From Chthoniobacteraceae bacterium (GTDB lineage Bacteria > Verrucomicrobiota > Verrucomicrobiia > Chthoniobacterales > Chthoniobacteraceae): 46,196 nucleotides of DNA. Where the stretch lies: positions 1-46,196 of the forward strand of contig JANNWY010000096.1 in assembly GCA_031409335.1 (NCBI GenBank), written 5' to 3'. The notes below the pieces were generated by a model. It was not told the DNA's origin. It was given only the letters and a program-made list of their open reading frames with translations, and searched no databases. Each line of letters opens with the position of its first letter. Position 1 is the first letter of the stretch. Both the position numbers and the translations under genes were made by a program. Shown here piece by piece: positions 10,884 through 19,836 of this stretch.

Positions 10884-11818
10884 TTGCTGAGTTCCAGCAT
10901 CCGCCGGATCGGCACTTCGGCACGCGCACGGATCGCCTCCGGGATGATGATCTCCGGCGCGAGATCCAGCAGGCAATCGTGCAGCTTTTCGAGCGTGTTC
11001 ATCTTCATGTAGCGGCAATCCGCGCACGCGCAGTGGTCGGTCGGCCCGGGGATGAAAACCTTGTCCGGCATCTCGCGCCGCAGCCGGTGGAGCATCCCGG
11101 ATTCGGTGACGATCACGAACGCCTTCGCCGGCGAATTCTTGCAATAGGAGATCATCTTTTCCGTGGAGCACACCTCATCCGCGAGCATCCGCACGGCCTG
11201 CGTGCATTCCGGGTGCGCGACCACCGGCGCGTCCGGCCACTCCGCGCGCGCGCGCTCGATCGACTGACGCGTGAACTCGACGTGGACGTAACAATTCCCC
11301 TTCCACAACTCCATCGGCCGCCCCGTCTGCTCGATCACCCACGCGCCGAGATTTTGATCCGGCACGAAAAGGATTTCGCGATCCTTCGGCGCAGCCTCGA
11401 CGATCTTCTGCGCGTTGCCGCTCGTGCAGATCACATCGCTGAGCGCCTTCACGCCCGCACTGCAATTGATATAGGCGATCACATAAAAATTCCGTGCCGC
11501 ATGTTCGCGCAAATAAGCGTCCAGCTTCTCCGCCGGACACGAATCGCTGAGCGAGCAGCCCGCATCCATATCGGGAATGACGACGGTCTTCGTCGGGTTC
11601 AAAATCTTCGCCGTCTCGCCCATGAAATGGACGCCGCAAAACGCGATCACATCCGAATCCGTCTTCGCCGCCTGGTAGCTCAACCCCAGCGAATCGCCGA
11701 CGTAATCCGCGAGTTCCTGGATTTCCTTGATCTGATAGTTGTGCGCGAGGACGACGGCATTCCGCTCGCGTTTCAGGGCGAGAATTTCTTCAGCAAGATC
11801 GACTCCGAGCGTGGGCAT
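10880..11818 (-). CDS. nadA: Quinolinate synthase
   Basis: LAHNYQ, GDSLGL, CGVHFMGE, AGCSL, YINCSA, CYVH, AHPEC, CRYMKMNTL. Confidence 0.97.
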   Translation of the reverse strand: MPTLGVDLAEEILALKRERNAVVLAHNYQIKEIQELADYVGDSLGLSYQAAKTDSDVIAFCGVHFMGETAKILNPTKTVVIPDMDAGCSLSDSCPAEKLDAYLREHAARNFYVIAYINCSAGVKALSDVICTSGNAQKIVEAAPKDREILFVPDQNLGAWVIEQTGRPMELWKGNCYVHVEFTRQSIERARAEWPDAPVVAHPECTQAVRMLADEVCSTEKMISYCKNSPAKAFVIVTESGMLHRLRREMPDKVFIPGPTDHCACADCRYMKMNTLEKLHDCLLDLAPEIIIPEAIRARAEVPIRRMLELSK

Positions 11819-11905
11819 GGCGTAAAGCTAACAGCCAGCCCCGCAGGCGCAAGATGGGAGGACCGGATCGCGAATTACGCGGACTTTTCCATCCAATACA
11901 AAGGC

Positions 11906-11943
11906 AAAGAGCCGCGCGTCTTGGCAGACGCACGGCCCTTTTT
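11906..11943. terminator. Probable intrinsic terminator downstream of the FN3 gene, possibly bidirectional
   Basis: Hairpin gagccgcgcgtc-ttggca-gacgcacggccc flanked by an A-run and TTTTT. Confidence 0.6.
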
Positions 11944-11964
11944 ACCGAATCCAACTGGCGGGAC

Positions 11965-12591
11965 TTAAAGCGTGGCGAGCTGTTCCACCGTTTGGCTCCA
12001 CGGGCCTTTGCCCAGCGCATTCACCCCCGCCACCCGGAAGAGGTAGCGTCCGCCCGGGGTGAGACCCGGGACGGTGCCGCTCCTGCGCGTGAAGTCCGCG
12101 CCATTGGACCAGCCGGACTGGCCGGTCAGATCGGCGGTATGTTCGATCGCATAGGTCTTGGCCGAGTAGAGTGGCAGCCAGGTGAGATTCACCGACCCGG
12201 ACTTCACGCCCAGAGTCACCGACTTGATGACCGGCGCATCGAGCGGCGTCGGCTTCGTCCGTGGCGCGCGCACGTCCATGCCAGCAGAGCGAATGATGTC
12301 CTTGTTACCGTTGGCGGTCGTCTGCACATAGCTCGCCAGTTGCGAGAGGATGCCATCGAGCGCCGTGGCCGCGTCATCCTGTTCGGAAGTGGCGGTGGCC
12401 GCCGCGAGCCGCGCCGAACGCGCCGCCTGCACCTTGTCCGATAGCGCGTCCGCCGCCGCGGTGACGACGGCGAGGGCCGGCACCGGCGTGGGAAATGCCG
12501 CATTCCCCGTCATGTCGGTCACGATGCTGAGGGCGAGTTCGACCTTTTCCGAAACAGTCAGGTCTTTGAGATTCAATTTAACGTCTTGCAT
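11965..12591 (-). CDS. Fibronectin type III domain protein with N-terminal helical domain, no signal peptide
   Basis: C-terminal SVNLTW...Y...GLTPGGRYLFRVAGVNALGKGPWS is FN3-like; Ala-rich helical N-terminal half. Confidence 0.85.
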   Translation of the reverse strand: MQDVKLNLKDLTVSEKVELALSIVTDMTGNAAFPTPVPALAVVTAAADALSDKVQAARSARLAAATATSEQDDAATALDGILSQLASYVQTTANGNKDIIRSAGMDVRAPRTKPTPLDAPVIKSVTLGVKSGSVNLTWLPLYSAKTYAIEHTADLTGQSGWSNGADFTRRSGTVPGLTPGGRYLFRVAGVNALGKGPWSQTVEQLATL

Positions 12592-12826
12592 GGGATTTCA
12601 GTTTTCAGATTTCTAAGTTTTCAGGTTTGGTTCGTCGGACGCAGCCGGAATGGCTGAATCGCATTTTCCAATAACGCAGGCTCCGTACCAGCCGCCCGCA
12701 GGGAGCGGGAGCGGGATGAGAGGGTGTGATAAAAAGTGGGGCAAAACGGGGTGCTGGCAGCCTCTCCCTCCAGGACGCCTCCAGGACGACGGATTTCCGG
12801 CACCACTTTTGAATGACACGCGTGGC

Positions 12827-13057
12827 GAAAGCCCAATGCTCCTGGGTGCCAAAGGCGCAATCCAGCCCCGGATTGCCGTGTTCCTACGTCGGATTGCCGG
12901 GTTCCTAGTCCGGGTTGCTGCGTTCCCACGGCGGATTGCCGCGTTCCTACGTCGGATTGCCGCAATCCTTGTTAGGAACGTCCTGTTCCCACGTGGGAAA
13001 GCCGCGCCCCGGCATGGGAGAGACGCATCCCGGCGCAGGAATCCCGCACAAAAGGGG
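12827..13057. repeat. Degenerate tandem array with strict 21-bp period, about 11 units
   Basis: Core units from 12869: cggattgccgtgttcctacgt, cggattgccgggttcctagtc, cgggttgctgcgttcccacgg, cggattgccgcgttcctacgt, cggattgccgcaatccttgtt, aggaacgtcctgttcccacgt; GG at unit positions 2-3 and (T/C)CC at 14-16 persist in most degenerate flanking units. Confidence 0.85.
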
Positions 13058-13106
13058 GAATTCACAGCCTGAAAGCTCGACCCCGATGAAATCGAGCGAC
13101 TTTCAA

Positions 13107-13146
13107 GAAGCGACCCCTTCCCCAAGGAAGCGACCCCTTCCCCAAG
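13107..13146. repeat. Perfect 20-bp tandem duplication adjacent to the IS256 end
   Basis: gaagcgaccccttccccaag twice (13107-13126, 13127-13146). Confidence 0.9.
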
Positions 13147-13152
13147 ATCGCC

Positions 13153-14553
13153 GGGCCTGTCCGAAAGTTTGTGTTTAAGGGCGGGTTGATTTATTGATGG
13201 TTTGGGCTAGGAAGGCTGGGTTGAGGAGGAGGCAGCGTGGCAGAAGCGCGGGCCGAATTGGATGGCGAATTGGTTGGCGGCGGACTTCCAGTTCAGCGGT
13301 GGCGATTTCCACTTTTTGGTGATGTTTAGCAAGGCCAGATACAGCAATTTGGTGGCGGCTTCGTCGCTCGGGAAGTGGCCGCGCGTTTTGATGATTTTGC
13401 GCAGTTGCATGTTCACGCTTTCGATGGCGTTGGTCGTGTAGATGATTTTGCGGACCTCGGGCGGATACGCGAAAAAGGGGATGATTTGCTCCCAGGCTCG
13501 CCGCCACATGGGGGCGATGGTGGGGTATTTCCGCGCCCATTCTCCGGCTTCAAATTCCTCCAAGCGGGCGGCGGCGGCCTCCGCGCTTTCGGCCCGGTAG
13601 ATGAGTTTGAGGGCGGCGGCGACGGCTTTGATTTCCTTGTAATTGCAGTAGGCAAGGCTGTTGCGGATGAGGTGGACGATGCACGTCTGCACGCTGGTTT
13701 GCGGGAAGACGGCGGTGATGGCTTCAGGGAAGCCTTTGAGCCCGTCCACCACGGCGATGAGCACGTCCTCCACGCCCCGGTTGCGAAGTTCGTTCATCAC
13801 TTTGAGCCAGAATTTGGCCCCTTCGTTTTGCTCGATCCAGATGCCGAGGATGGCGCGCGTGCCGTCGGGCTCGATGCCGAGCGCGAGGTAAACCGCTTTG
13901 TTTTTCACCGTCCCTTCGTCCCGGATGCGCACCCGCAGCGCGTCGAAAAATACCAGCGGATACATCTTTTCCAGCGGCCGGTTTTGCCACTCGGTGACTT
14001 CCGCATGCACCGCATCCGTCACGCTGCTGATGAAGGCCGGGCTGACCTCCACCCGGTATTGCTCCTCCAGCAGCGCCGCGATTTCGCGCACGCTCATCCC
14101 TCGCGCATACAGGGCGATGATTTTTTGATCAAACCCAGGCATCCGCTTCTGCCACTTCTCCACCAGCATCGGCTCAAAGCGGCTCTGCCGGTCGCGCGGC
14201 ATCGCCAACTCCATTTCTCCGGAGTCCCCTATCACCGTCTTTTTGCTGAACCCGTTGCGGCAGTTCGCAGGCTCCTCGCTCGCCGCAGCGGACCCCTCGC
14301 CCTCCAGCTCCGTCGCGCTTCGCCCCGTCTTGAGGTGATACGTGAGCTCCGCCCCCAGCGCTCTTTCCACAAGCGTTTTGGTCAGCAGCGCCACAAGCCC
14401 CTTCTCTCCGAAGATCGCCTCCGGCGTGTGCCCATGCACCGCGATCAGTTCATCCATCGCTTTGTTCGTTTTCTCTTCTTCTTTGCTTTTTGGTTTCTTC
14501 ACTCGTTTGTGTCCTCTCTTTTTGCCTCTCCACACAAACTTTCTGATAGGCTC
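13153..14553 (-). mobile_element. IS256-family insertion sequence, complete (1401 bp)
   Basis: Imperfect terminal IRs gggcctgtccgaaagtttgtgt / reverse complement gagcctatcagaaagtttgtgt; 8-bp target duplication AGATCGCC at 13145-13152 and 14554-14561. Confidence 0.95.
13207..14535 (-). CDS. IS256-family (Mutator-type DDE) transposase; start uncertain
   Basis: RNG, PRDRQSRFEP, LYARGMSVREI, YPLVFFDAL, VDGLKGF, QTCIVHLIRNS, IYTTNAIES. Confidence 0.96.
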   Translation of the reverse strand: MWRGKKRGHKRVKKPKSKEEEKTNKAMDELIAVHGHTPEAIFGEKGLVALLTKTLVERALGAELTYHLKTGRSATELEGEGSAAASEEPANCRNGFSKKTVIGDSGEMELAMPRDRQSRFEPMLVEKWQKRMPGFDQKIIALYARGMSVREIAALLEEQYRVEVSPAFISSVTDAVHAEVTEWQNRPLEKMYPLVFFDALRVRIRDEGTVKNKAVYLALGIEPDGTRAILGIWIEQNEGAKFWLKVMNELRNRGVEDVLIAVVDGLKGFPEAITAVFPQTSVQTCIVHLIRNSLAYCNYKEIKAVAAALKLIYRAESAEAAAARLEEFEAGEWARKYPTIAPMWRRAWEQIIPFFAYPPEVRKIIYTTNAIESVNMQLRKIIKTRGHFPSDEAATKLLYLALLNITKKWKSPPLNWKSAANQFAIQFGPRFCHAASSSTQPS

Positions 14554-14774
14554 AGATCGCCTGCATCACCATCGAGCACGATGCCACACTGCTGACCCGA
14601 AACAGCGTGGACTTTGCCAAGGTGCCGGGTTTGCGATTTGAAAATTAGCTGGATTGAGTGACCCGATACGAACCGCTCTGTAAATGCAGAAATTCACGAT
14701 TCACGAACCGACCCCGGATCTCCGACCCGGGATCTCACTAAGATTCAGGCGCGACCCGCATAATTAACGGCAAG

Positions 14775-16277
14775 ATGAAGACGACCTTTGCGGTTTTATT
14801 CCTCAGCCTAGCATGGGTGTTGCGCGGCTTCGCCGAGTCGCATTCCAGAACCGTTGCTGGGGCGGACCTCGCGCTCCCTCCGTCCGCAAAACCGGACATC
14901 ATCGTTTCCTCAACAGCGCCTCTCAAGCCGGGAGGGAATATCGACGTTACGATCAACCTCGCCGAGTTCCTCGGTAGCAAGGAAAACCGCGCCACTGCTC
15001 ACGCTGCCTATGTCAGGCTTGATCGGCTGACAAACATCGAACCTGCTCGGGTCCTAGAACAACTCTTCGAGTCTCAGTCATTCCGGCTCTTCGACCAAAG
15101 CCAGATCCACGGCTTTTGGGATGACTACTCGTGGGACATGTCTGCACGATGGTCAGAGACACCGCTTTCTTTTTTAGCAGCGTCGCCGTCAGCCAAAGAA
15201 TGGCAGTGGTACCATGATGGTTATCTACCGCCGGGCAGAGTTTTCTTGGTTAACGAGAGTGGGGGGCAGTTTGAAGACGACGCGCCAGCGTCTTATGGCT
15301 ACCAAGTCGTCGCTCGGGTCGGAAGGCAGTTTCCAGACGGGACGATCTATTATCCCGCTGCGATTTGCGCCGGCGGCGCAGGGCTGACGGTACGCACTAT
15401 CGACCATGAAGTCCTCAAGCTCTTGAGCGCCAACCTGATCCTTACCTCTCCCGATGATCTCTACCAGCGCACCGTGGAAGCGCATTTTCTCTCTGCCGAC
15501 CCCGTCCGGGGGACCGTCACACTGCGTGGGCGCGTGCCCTTAGATGCCGGAGGACGTCGCTTACGCGCCCGCGCGGAGTTGGTTTTGACCGATCCCTCGG
15601 GACAAAAGTTCACCGTAGCCTCGCGCGACAGTCCGGAGTTCAGCGTGGCGCTCGTGGGCATGGCCATGCTGGGCAGTTTCTGCGGCGGCGTGTGGTTTGC
15701 GAAGGTCCAAACTCGCTGGCGACTCGAGCGCAGCGGCGAAGATCGCGCCGCTTTCCTGACGGCCCCCGAACGACGCCCACCGGGCCTGCGGGCGGGAACT
15801 GTGGAGGCCGATGCGCTTGTGCCGATCGCCAGCGACAATGAAAGCCTCGATCAGATTCTGCGTGGCTGGGTCCGCTCGACGGTGGGAGAGGCGGGGCAGA
15901 TTTTCCGAGAGTTTCTGGACTACGATCATGGCCTCGATGGGGAAATCGAGTTTCGCGACAGTGCTGGGCGGCCCGGCGGAAAACGAATTTATCTCCAACT
16001 CAAATCCGGCGATTCGTATTTGCAGGTGCGCAAGGTCGACGGAGCGGAGATCTTTCGCATCCTGAAGCCCCGGCACGCGGACTACTGGCGACAGCATGCC
16101 TATCCTGTTTATCTCGTCATTCGCACTTCCGATCGCCGCATCCGCTGGATGAACGTCACCGCCTACCTGAACACGCACTTTGACCCCGCGAAACCGACCA
16201 AACAGATCGTCTTCGACGCCGAGACGTTCACGGCGAGAAGCCTGCTCCGCGTGTGCGAGAAACAAGGTGCGGTGTAA
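14775..16277 (+). CDS. Predicted single-pass membrane protein with C-terminal DUF4365 (PD-(D/E)xK nuclease-like) domain
   Basis: Signal peptide MKTTFAVLFLSLAWV; hydrophobic segment FSVALVGMAMLGSFCGGVWFA; C-terminal DHGLDGEIEF...IYLQLKSG...YW...PVYLVI. Confidence 0.7.
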   Translation: MKTTFAVLFLSLAWVLRGFAESHSRTVAGADLALPPSAKPDIIVSSTAPLKPGGNIDVTINLAEFLGSKENRATAHAAYVRLDRLTNIEPARVLEQLFESQSFRLFDQSQIHGFWDDYSWDMSARWSETPLSFLAASPSAKEWQWYHDGYLPPGRVFLVNESGGQFEDDAPASYGYQVVARVGRQFPDGTIYYPAAICAGGAGLTVRTIDHEVLKLLSANLILTSPDDLYQRTVEAHFLSADPVRGTVTLRGRVPLDAGGRRLRARAELVLTDPSGQKFTVASRDSPEFSVALVGMAMLGSFCGGVWFAKVQTRWRLERSGEDRAAFLTAPERRPPGLRAGTVEADALVPIASDNESLDQILRGWVRSTVGEAGQIFREFLDYDHGLDGEIEFRDSAGRPGGKRIYLQLKSGDSYLQVRKVDGAEIFRILKPRHADYWRQHAYPVYLVIRTSDRRIRWMNVTAYLNTHFDPAKPTKQIVFDAETFTARSLLRVCEKQGAV

Positions 16278-16299
16278 GCAGGTCGTCAGTTGAATTTCG

Positions 16300-16590
16300 G
16301 TGCGCCCGTGAAGCGCGCCTCAACACGGGTGAGAGTCCCGCCGGTGCAATTAGACGGTTCAGCACCGAAGACCGTGCCAACTGCGTCGCCGCGAGGCGGG
16401 GTGGGGAGCAGGCATGGAGTCGAACCGGCAGGTCGCAATGAACAGATGAACCACCGAGGCGGCGGCGCACGGGACAAGTGGCGGCAGGGACAAGGGCGAG
16501 CCATAGATGAGCCCCGAAAAAGTCCTCCCGGCAGCCGAGCCCCTCGAATTTGGGCGAAGGCCGCAGAGTCGATCCCCAGAATAACTGGGT
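16300..16590 (+). ncRNA. Group II intron 5' fragment (domain I only; no RT ORF, no domain V/VI seen); end approximate
   Basis: Begins GTGCGCCCGTGAAGCGCGCC; contains cgggtgagagtcccg, gcgtcgccgcgaggcggggtgg, gagccccgaaa and gccgagccctcgaatttgggcgaaggcc blocks recognised as typical of bacterial group II intron domain I. Confidence 0.75.
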
Positions 16591-16603
16591 GGCTGCGAAT
16601 CCG

Positions 16604-17080
16604 TCACTCCGCGAGATACGATGCTGAGTAGGTCTCGAAACGGATGGGCTGGCCGCTGGGCGGACGCTCGTTCAAGTCGTACACGGTGTTGCCGATGATG
16701 CTTTCGGATTTCGTGTCGAAGATCATGACATTCGTCGCGGTCTTCGCGCGCGCGTCGCGCTTCGTCGTCACCGCGATGTAGCGCGACTTCGGTTTCACGC
16801 TGCGCTTCGCCATTTTCTTCACCGCCGCGCGTCCGCGCTCCACGGCGACTTGGCGCTGCACGGGAGTCGCGGCGTATTTGGCCACCCAGTAATAGCGGGC
16901 CGTCACGCTTCCCGCAGCGTCGATGCCCGCAGTGCCGCGCCCGGCGTTGTAATAGTTCGCGAGCGACCCATCGCGGCTGGCTTCGAGCGCGGCGCGTTCG
17001 AGATTGTCGGCGGGCGGTGTCGGCGCGGTGCAACTGGCGAACAGCGCCACCGTGAGCAGGAGTGAACAGGCGCGTTTCAT
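16604..17080 (-). CDS. Hypothetical lipoprotein
   Basis: Lipobox LFASC; 4-bp overlap with the upstream gene. Confidence 0.75.
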   Translation of the reverse strand: MKRACSLLLTVALFASCTAPTPPADNLERAALEASRDGSLANYYNAGRGTAGIDAAGSVTARYYWVAKYAATPVQRQVAVERGRAAVKKMAKRSVKPKSRYIAVTTKRDARAKTATNVMIFDTKSESIIGNTVYDLNERPPSGQPIRFETYSASYLAE

Positions 17081-17553
17081 TTTTTCGGGAGGGATTTGGG
17101 AGTTTTGCCGGACACTTTGCGGAAGGTGTATTTGAAGTCGTCGTCAAACGCCCACTTCGGTTTGTTCTTCGGCTTTCCATGGATGACCGCCGTCCCCGCC
17201 TTCGCATCGAAAACGATATCCCAAGCCATGCCATACTGAAACCCGCCAAAGTCCTCGCGTCCCTTCGATTCCCCGAAAAAAGTCCGCCCGCGAATTTCCC
17301 CGCGCATCACCGCCACCACCACGCCCGTCGGATGCTGCGCGCTCAGCAGCGCCTCGTTGCCAGCCGGCATCAGCACTAGCTGCGCGGGTGCCTTGAACTC
17401 CTTCCCCTTCTGCACATCAAGCTGCATCCCCATCGTGCCCTTGTAAATGCCATCGATCCCGAGCGCATCCGCGCGCGGGCGCCCGGGCTCGGCAGCGCTG
17501 ACTGAAAAACCGGCGAGGATTCCGAGCGAAAGAACGGAGAGGAACGGTTTCAC
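17077..17553 (-). CDS. Hypothetical exported protein
   Basis: Signal peptide MKPFLSVLSLGILAGFSVSA; beta-rich composition. Confidence 0.7.
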   Translation of the reverse strand: MKPFLSVLSLGILAGFSVSAAEPGRPRADALGIDGIYKGTMGMQLDVQKGKEFKAPAQLVLMPAGNEALLSAQHPTGVVVAVMRGEIRGRTFFGESKGREDFGGFQYGMAWDIVFDAKAGTAVIHGKPKNKPKWAFDDDFKYTFRKVSGKTPKSLPKK

Positions 17554-17644
17554 GCACCTGCCTTACGGTGCGTCCGCGCTGCGGGCAAATCGAATCCGAT
17601 GGTTTGCCGACGCGATCTATGCAGTCTGCGAATCAGGGTGCCGT

Positions 17645-18466
17645 TCACTCCGCGACCTTCCGCGCTTGCGGGCTCGGCGCGCTGTAGGTCTGGTCGAGCG
17701 CGGTGATGGAGGCGCTGGCTTCGCCAAAGGCTCCGTCGTCGAGGAATTGGCTGACGAAATGGATGTCGGCGGAAACCGCGCCGTCTTTTCCGCGCAGGCC
17801 GGCGCTGTCCACGGCGAGGTCGAGTTGGGCTTCGATGCGGGTGAGGTCGCTGTCGATTTCGGCGAGGGATTCTTCGCGGCGATCGACGTGGGCGAGGCGT
17901 TGCTGGAGGATTTTCAGCGTGGCTTCCTTCGATTCGCGCAGGGCAAAGGAGACGCGGCCTTCGAGTTCGCGCTGGAGCGTTTCCACCTGCTGCCGCAATT
18001 CGCGCCGCATCGAGGCGTCGCCGAGGGCTTGCAGATTTTCGCGGGCGACGAGGAGCTTGAGAAAAAACCAGCCGAGCTTGTTGAGCGAGTCGCCGTTCAT
18101 CTCGCACATGACTTGGCTCACTCCGGCCTCGCGTTGCAGTGCGAGCGCGCGCTTGGATTTTTGTTCGAGCGCGGTGAGGCGCTGGCGATGTTCCGCGGTG
18201 AGGCGGGCGATCAAGGTCTGGCGCTGATCTTCGGTCGTGCCGTCGTCGAGTTGGCCCGTGCTGGCGTCGATGAGCGTGCGGAAGCGATCATTGCCGGTCG
18301 CGCTCATCAGCCATGCGGCTTCGAGGCCTAGGCCGATGAGCCAGAAGCCGGGATGACCGACGCCGAGAATCCCGAAGCCAGCCATCGTGAGCGCGTTCAC
18401 CGGCAGGCGTCCGAGGCCCGGCACTGGCGCGCTAATCCAGAATGCGGCTTTGAGGTAACGCCACAC
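17645..18466 (-). CDS. Hypothetical membrane protein with coiled-coil C-terminus
   Basis: Two N-terminal hydrophobic segments followed by long E/L/R/Q heptad helices; 6 bp from the upstream gene. Confidence 0.8.
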   Translation of the reverse strand: MWRYLKAAFWISAPVPGLGRLPVNALTMAGFGILGVGHPGFWLIGLGLEAAWLMSATGNDRFRTLIDASTGQLDDGTTEDQRQTLIARLTAEHRQRLTALEQKSKRALALQREAGVSQVMCEMNGDSLNKLGWFFLKLLVARENLQALGDASMRRELRQQVETLQRELEGRVSFALRESKEATLKILQQRLAHVDRREESLAEIDSDLTRIEAQLDLAVDSAGLRGKDGAVSADIHFVSQFLDDGAFGEASASITALDQTYSAPSPQARKVAE

Positions 18467-18472
18467 GCTGCG

Positions 18473-19678
18473 TCAGCGATTTCCCTGCGTCCGCTGCCAC
18501 GCGGCGAGCAGGTTGTTGATGACATCCGCCTTCGGCGCCTGCCCGACATTCGCGATGTCGATTTGCAAACCGAAGCGCGCGTATTGCACGAACGGACTTT
18601 CCGCGAACTTGATCGGCACCGTCGGATTGCCGGGGCGAAAGCCGTGTTTGAGCGATTCCTTCTGCACCGCCTCGCTGAGCAGGAAATCGAGGAATGTGCC
18701 CGCAGCCTTGCGCTGATCGGCGGTGCTCCACGGCGCGTCGAGGATGTAATACGGATTGTCGTTCCACATATTCTGCCGCGGATACGCGACGCGCAGTTCG
18801 CCCCAGCGGCCCTCGGCGCTCTTCAAATAATCGATGACCACGCTCTCATACACGCACAGCGCATCGAAGCTCGACGGCCCGCGCAGCACCATGTCCTTCA
18901 TCATGTTGCCGGTGGAATTCGACATCCCCGTCGTCGCGGACTCGATCCCATTCATCCACGCCTGGAATTCGGGATTGAGGATGTCCTTCATTTCGAGACC
19001 GCGATTTTTTTTGTGAAAATCAGCCGCCATCAGCACGAGCGTCATCAGTCCGCTGTTCGATTGATTCGGATGGGCATGGCCAAATTTGAAAAGGCCCCAT
19101 TCGGATTTCTGCGCAATGCCTTCCCAGCCGCCCGGCTCCTTCAGCGCCTGACCGATCGTGGTAAAACTCAGCTCCTTGTATTTCGCCACGAACGCGTCGT
19201 ATCGCTCCGCCCACATCACAAAAATCATCGGACTCAACGCGAGTGTTTCCTTCCGAACGAAGGGCGGCTTGTTCTGTTTGATCTGCCATTCCTGCACGAA
19301 GACATCCTCGTAAAGCGTGCTCGCGGGACTCCACACGTTGATCTTCGCATCGCCCGCGAGGACGGCCTGCGCACCTTCCAGCGAGCCCTTCGGAATGAGG
19401 TTCACCTTGATGCGCTTGCCATCCTGCGTTGCCGCGAATCGCTCGGCAGCCGCTTCCAGCCAGCGCTGCTTTTCCGTGCCGTAAGCGATGCCGATCTCGA
19501 CCGTCGGCGCATCGCTCCCGCCGAAGAATGACTTCGATGGCTGCACGGGCGCGGATGGGTCGGCGTTGATCGGCTTTTTCAAAAACAACGCCCACGCGCC
19601 AAAGCCGCACGCGCCGATGAAGAGCAGGACAAAAAGCTGGCCGAGCCAGGTGAGACGGGGACCTTGGGGATCAGACAT
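18473..19678 (-). CDS. Membrane-anchored extracellular solute-binding protein (SBP_bac_11-like)
   Basis: N-terminal TM, YGTEKQRW, WSPAS, HAHPNQSNSG, YES motifs; paralogous to the N-terminal part of the upstream vWA gene. Confidence 0.85.
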   Translation of the reverse strand: MSDPQGPRLTWLGQLFVLLFIGACGFGAWALFLKKPINADPSAPVQPSKSFFGGSDAPTVEIGIAYGTEKQRWLEAAAERFAATQDGKRIKVNLIPKGSLEGAQAVLAGDAKINVWSPASTLYEDVFVQEWQIKQNKPPFVRKETLALSPMIFVMWAERYDAFVAKYKELSFTTIGQALKEPGGWEGIAQKSEWGLFKFGHAHPNQSNSGLMTLVLMAADFHKKNRGLEMKDILNPEFQAWMNGIESATTGMSNSTGNMMKDMVLRGPSSFDALCVYESVVIDYLKSAEGRWGELRVAYPRQNMWNDNPYYILDAPWSTADQRKAAGTFLDFLLSEAVQKESLKHGFRPGNPTVPIKFAESPFVQYARFGLQIDIANVGQAPKADVINNLLAAWQRTQGNR

Positions 19679-19690
19679 GGTGAGCGAGGA

Positions 19691-19836
19691 AAATCCGAAA
19701 TTCGAATATCGAAATCAGAAACAAATCCGAAACTTTTGCATTGGGGAAAACGGGACGCTGGCGCGCGCTCCGTCCGTTTTCTGTTTTTCGCTTCATTAGA
19801 ATTTGTTTCGGATTTCGTGCTTCGGATTTCGGATTT
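19691..19836. repeat. 146-bp palindromic intergenic element (MITE-like)
   Basis: 41-bp imperfect inverted arms (19691-19731, 19796-19836) built from AAATCCG-like heptamers, with an inner hairpin gaaaacggga...tccgttttc. Confidence 0.85.

Noticed and set aside
12827..13057. CRISPR or TIGR-like array
   Set aside because: 21-bp units abut with no unique spacers of CRISPR length, the period is too short, and no cas or Nop-domain gene is in the window
16286..16631. Small ORFs in the 16.3-16.6 kb gap
   Set aside because: No protein-like features; the interval is better explained as a group II intron fragment
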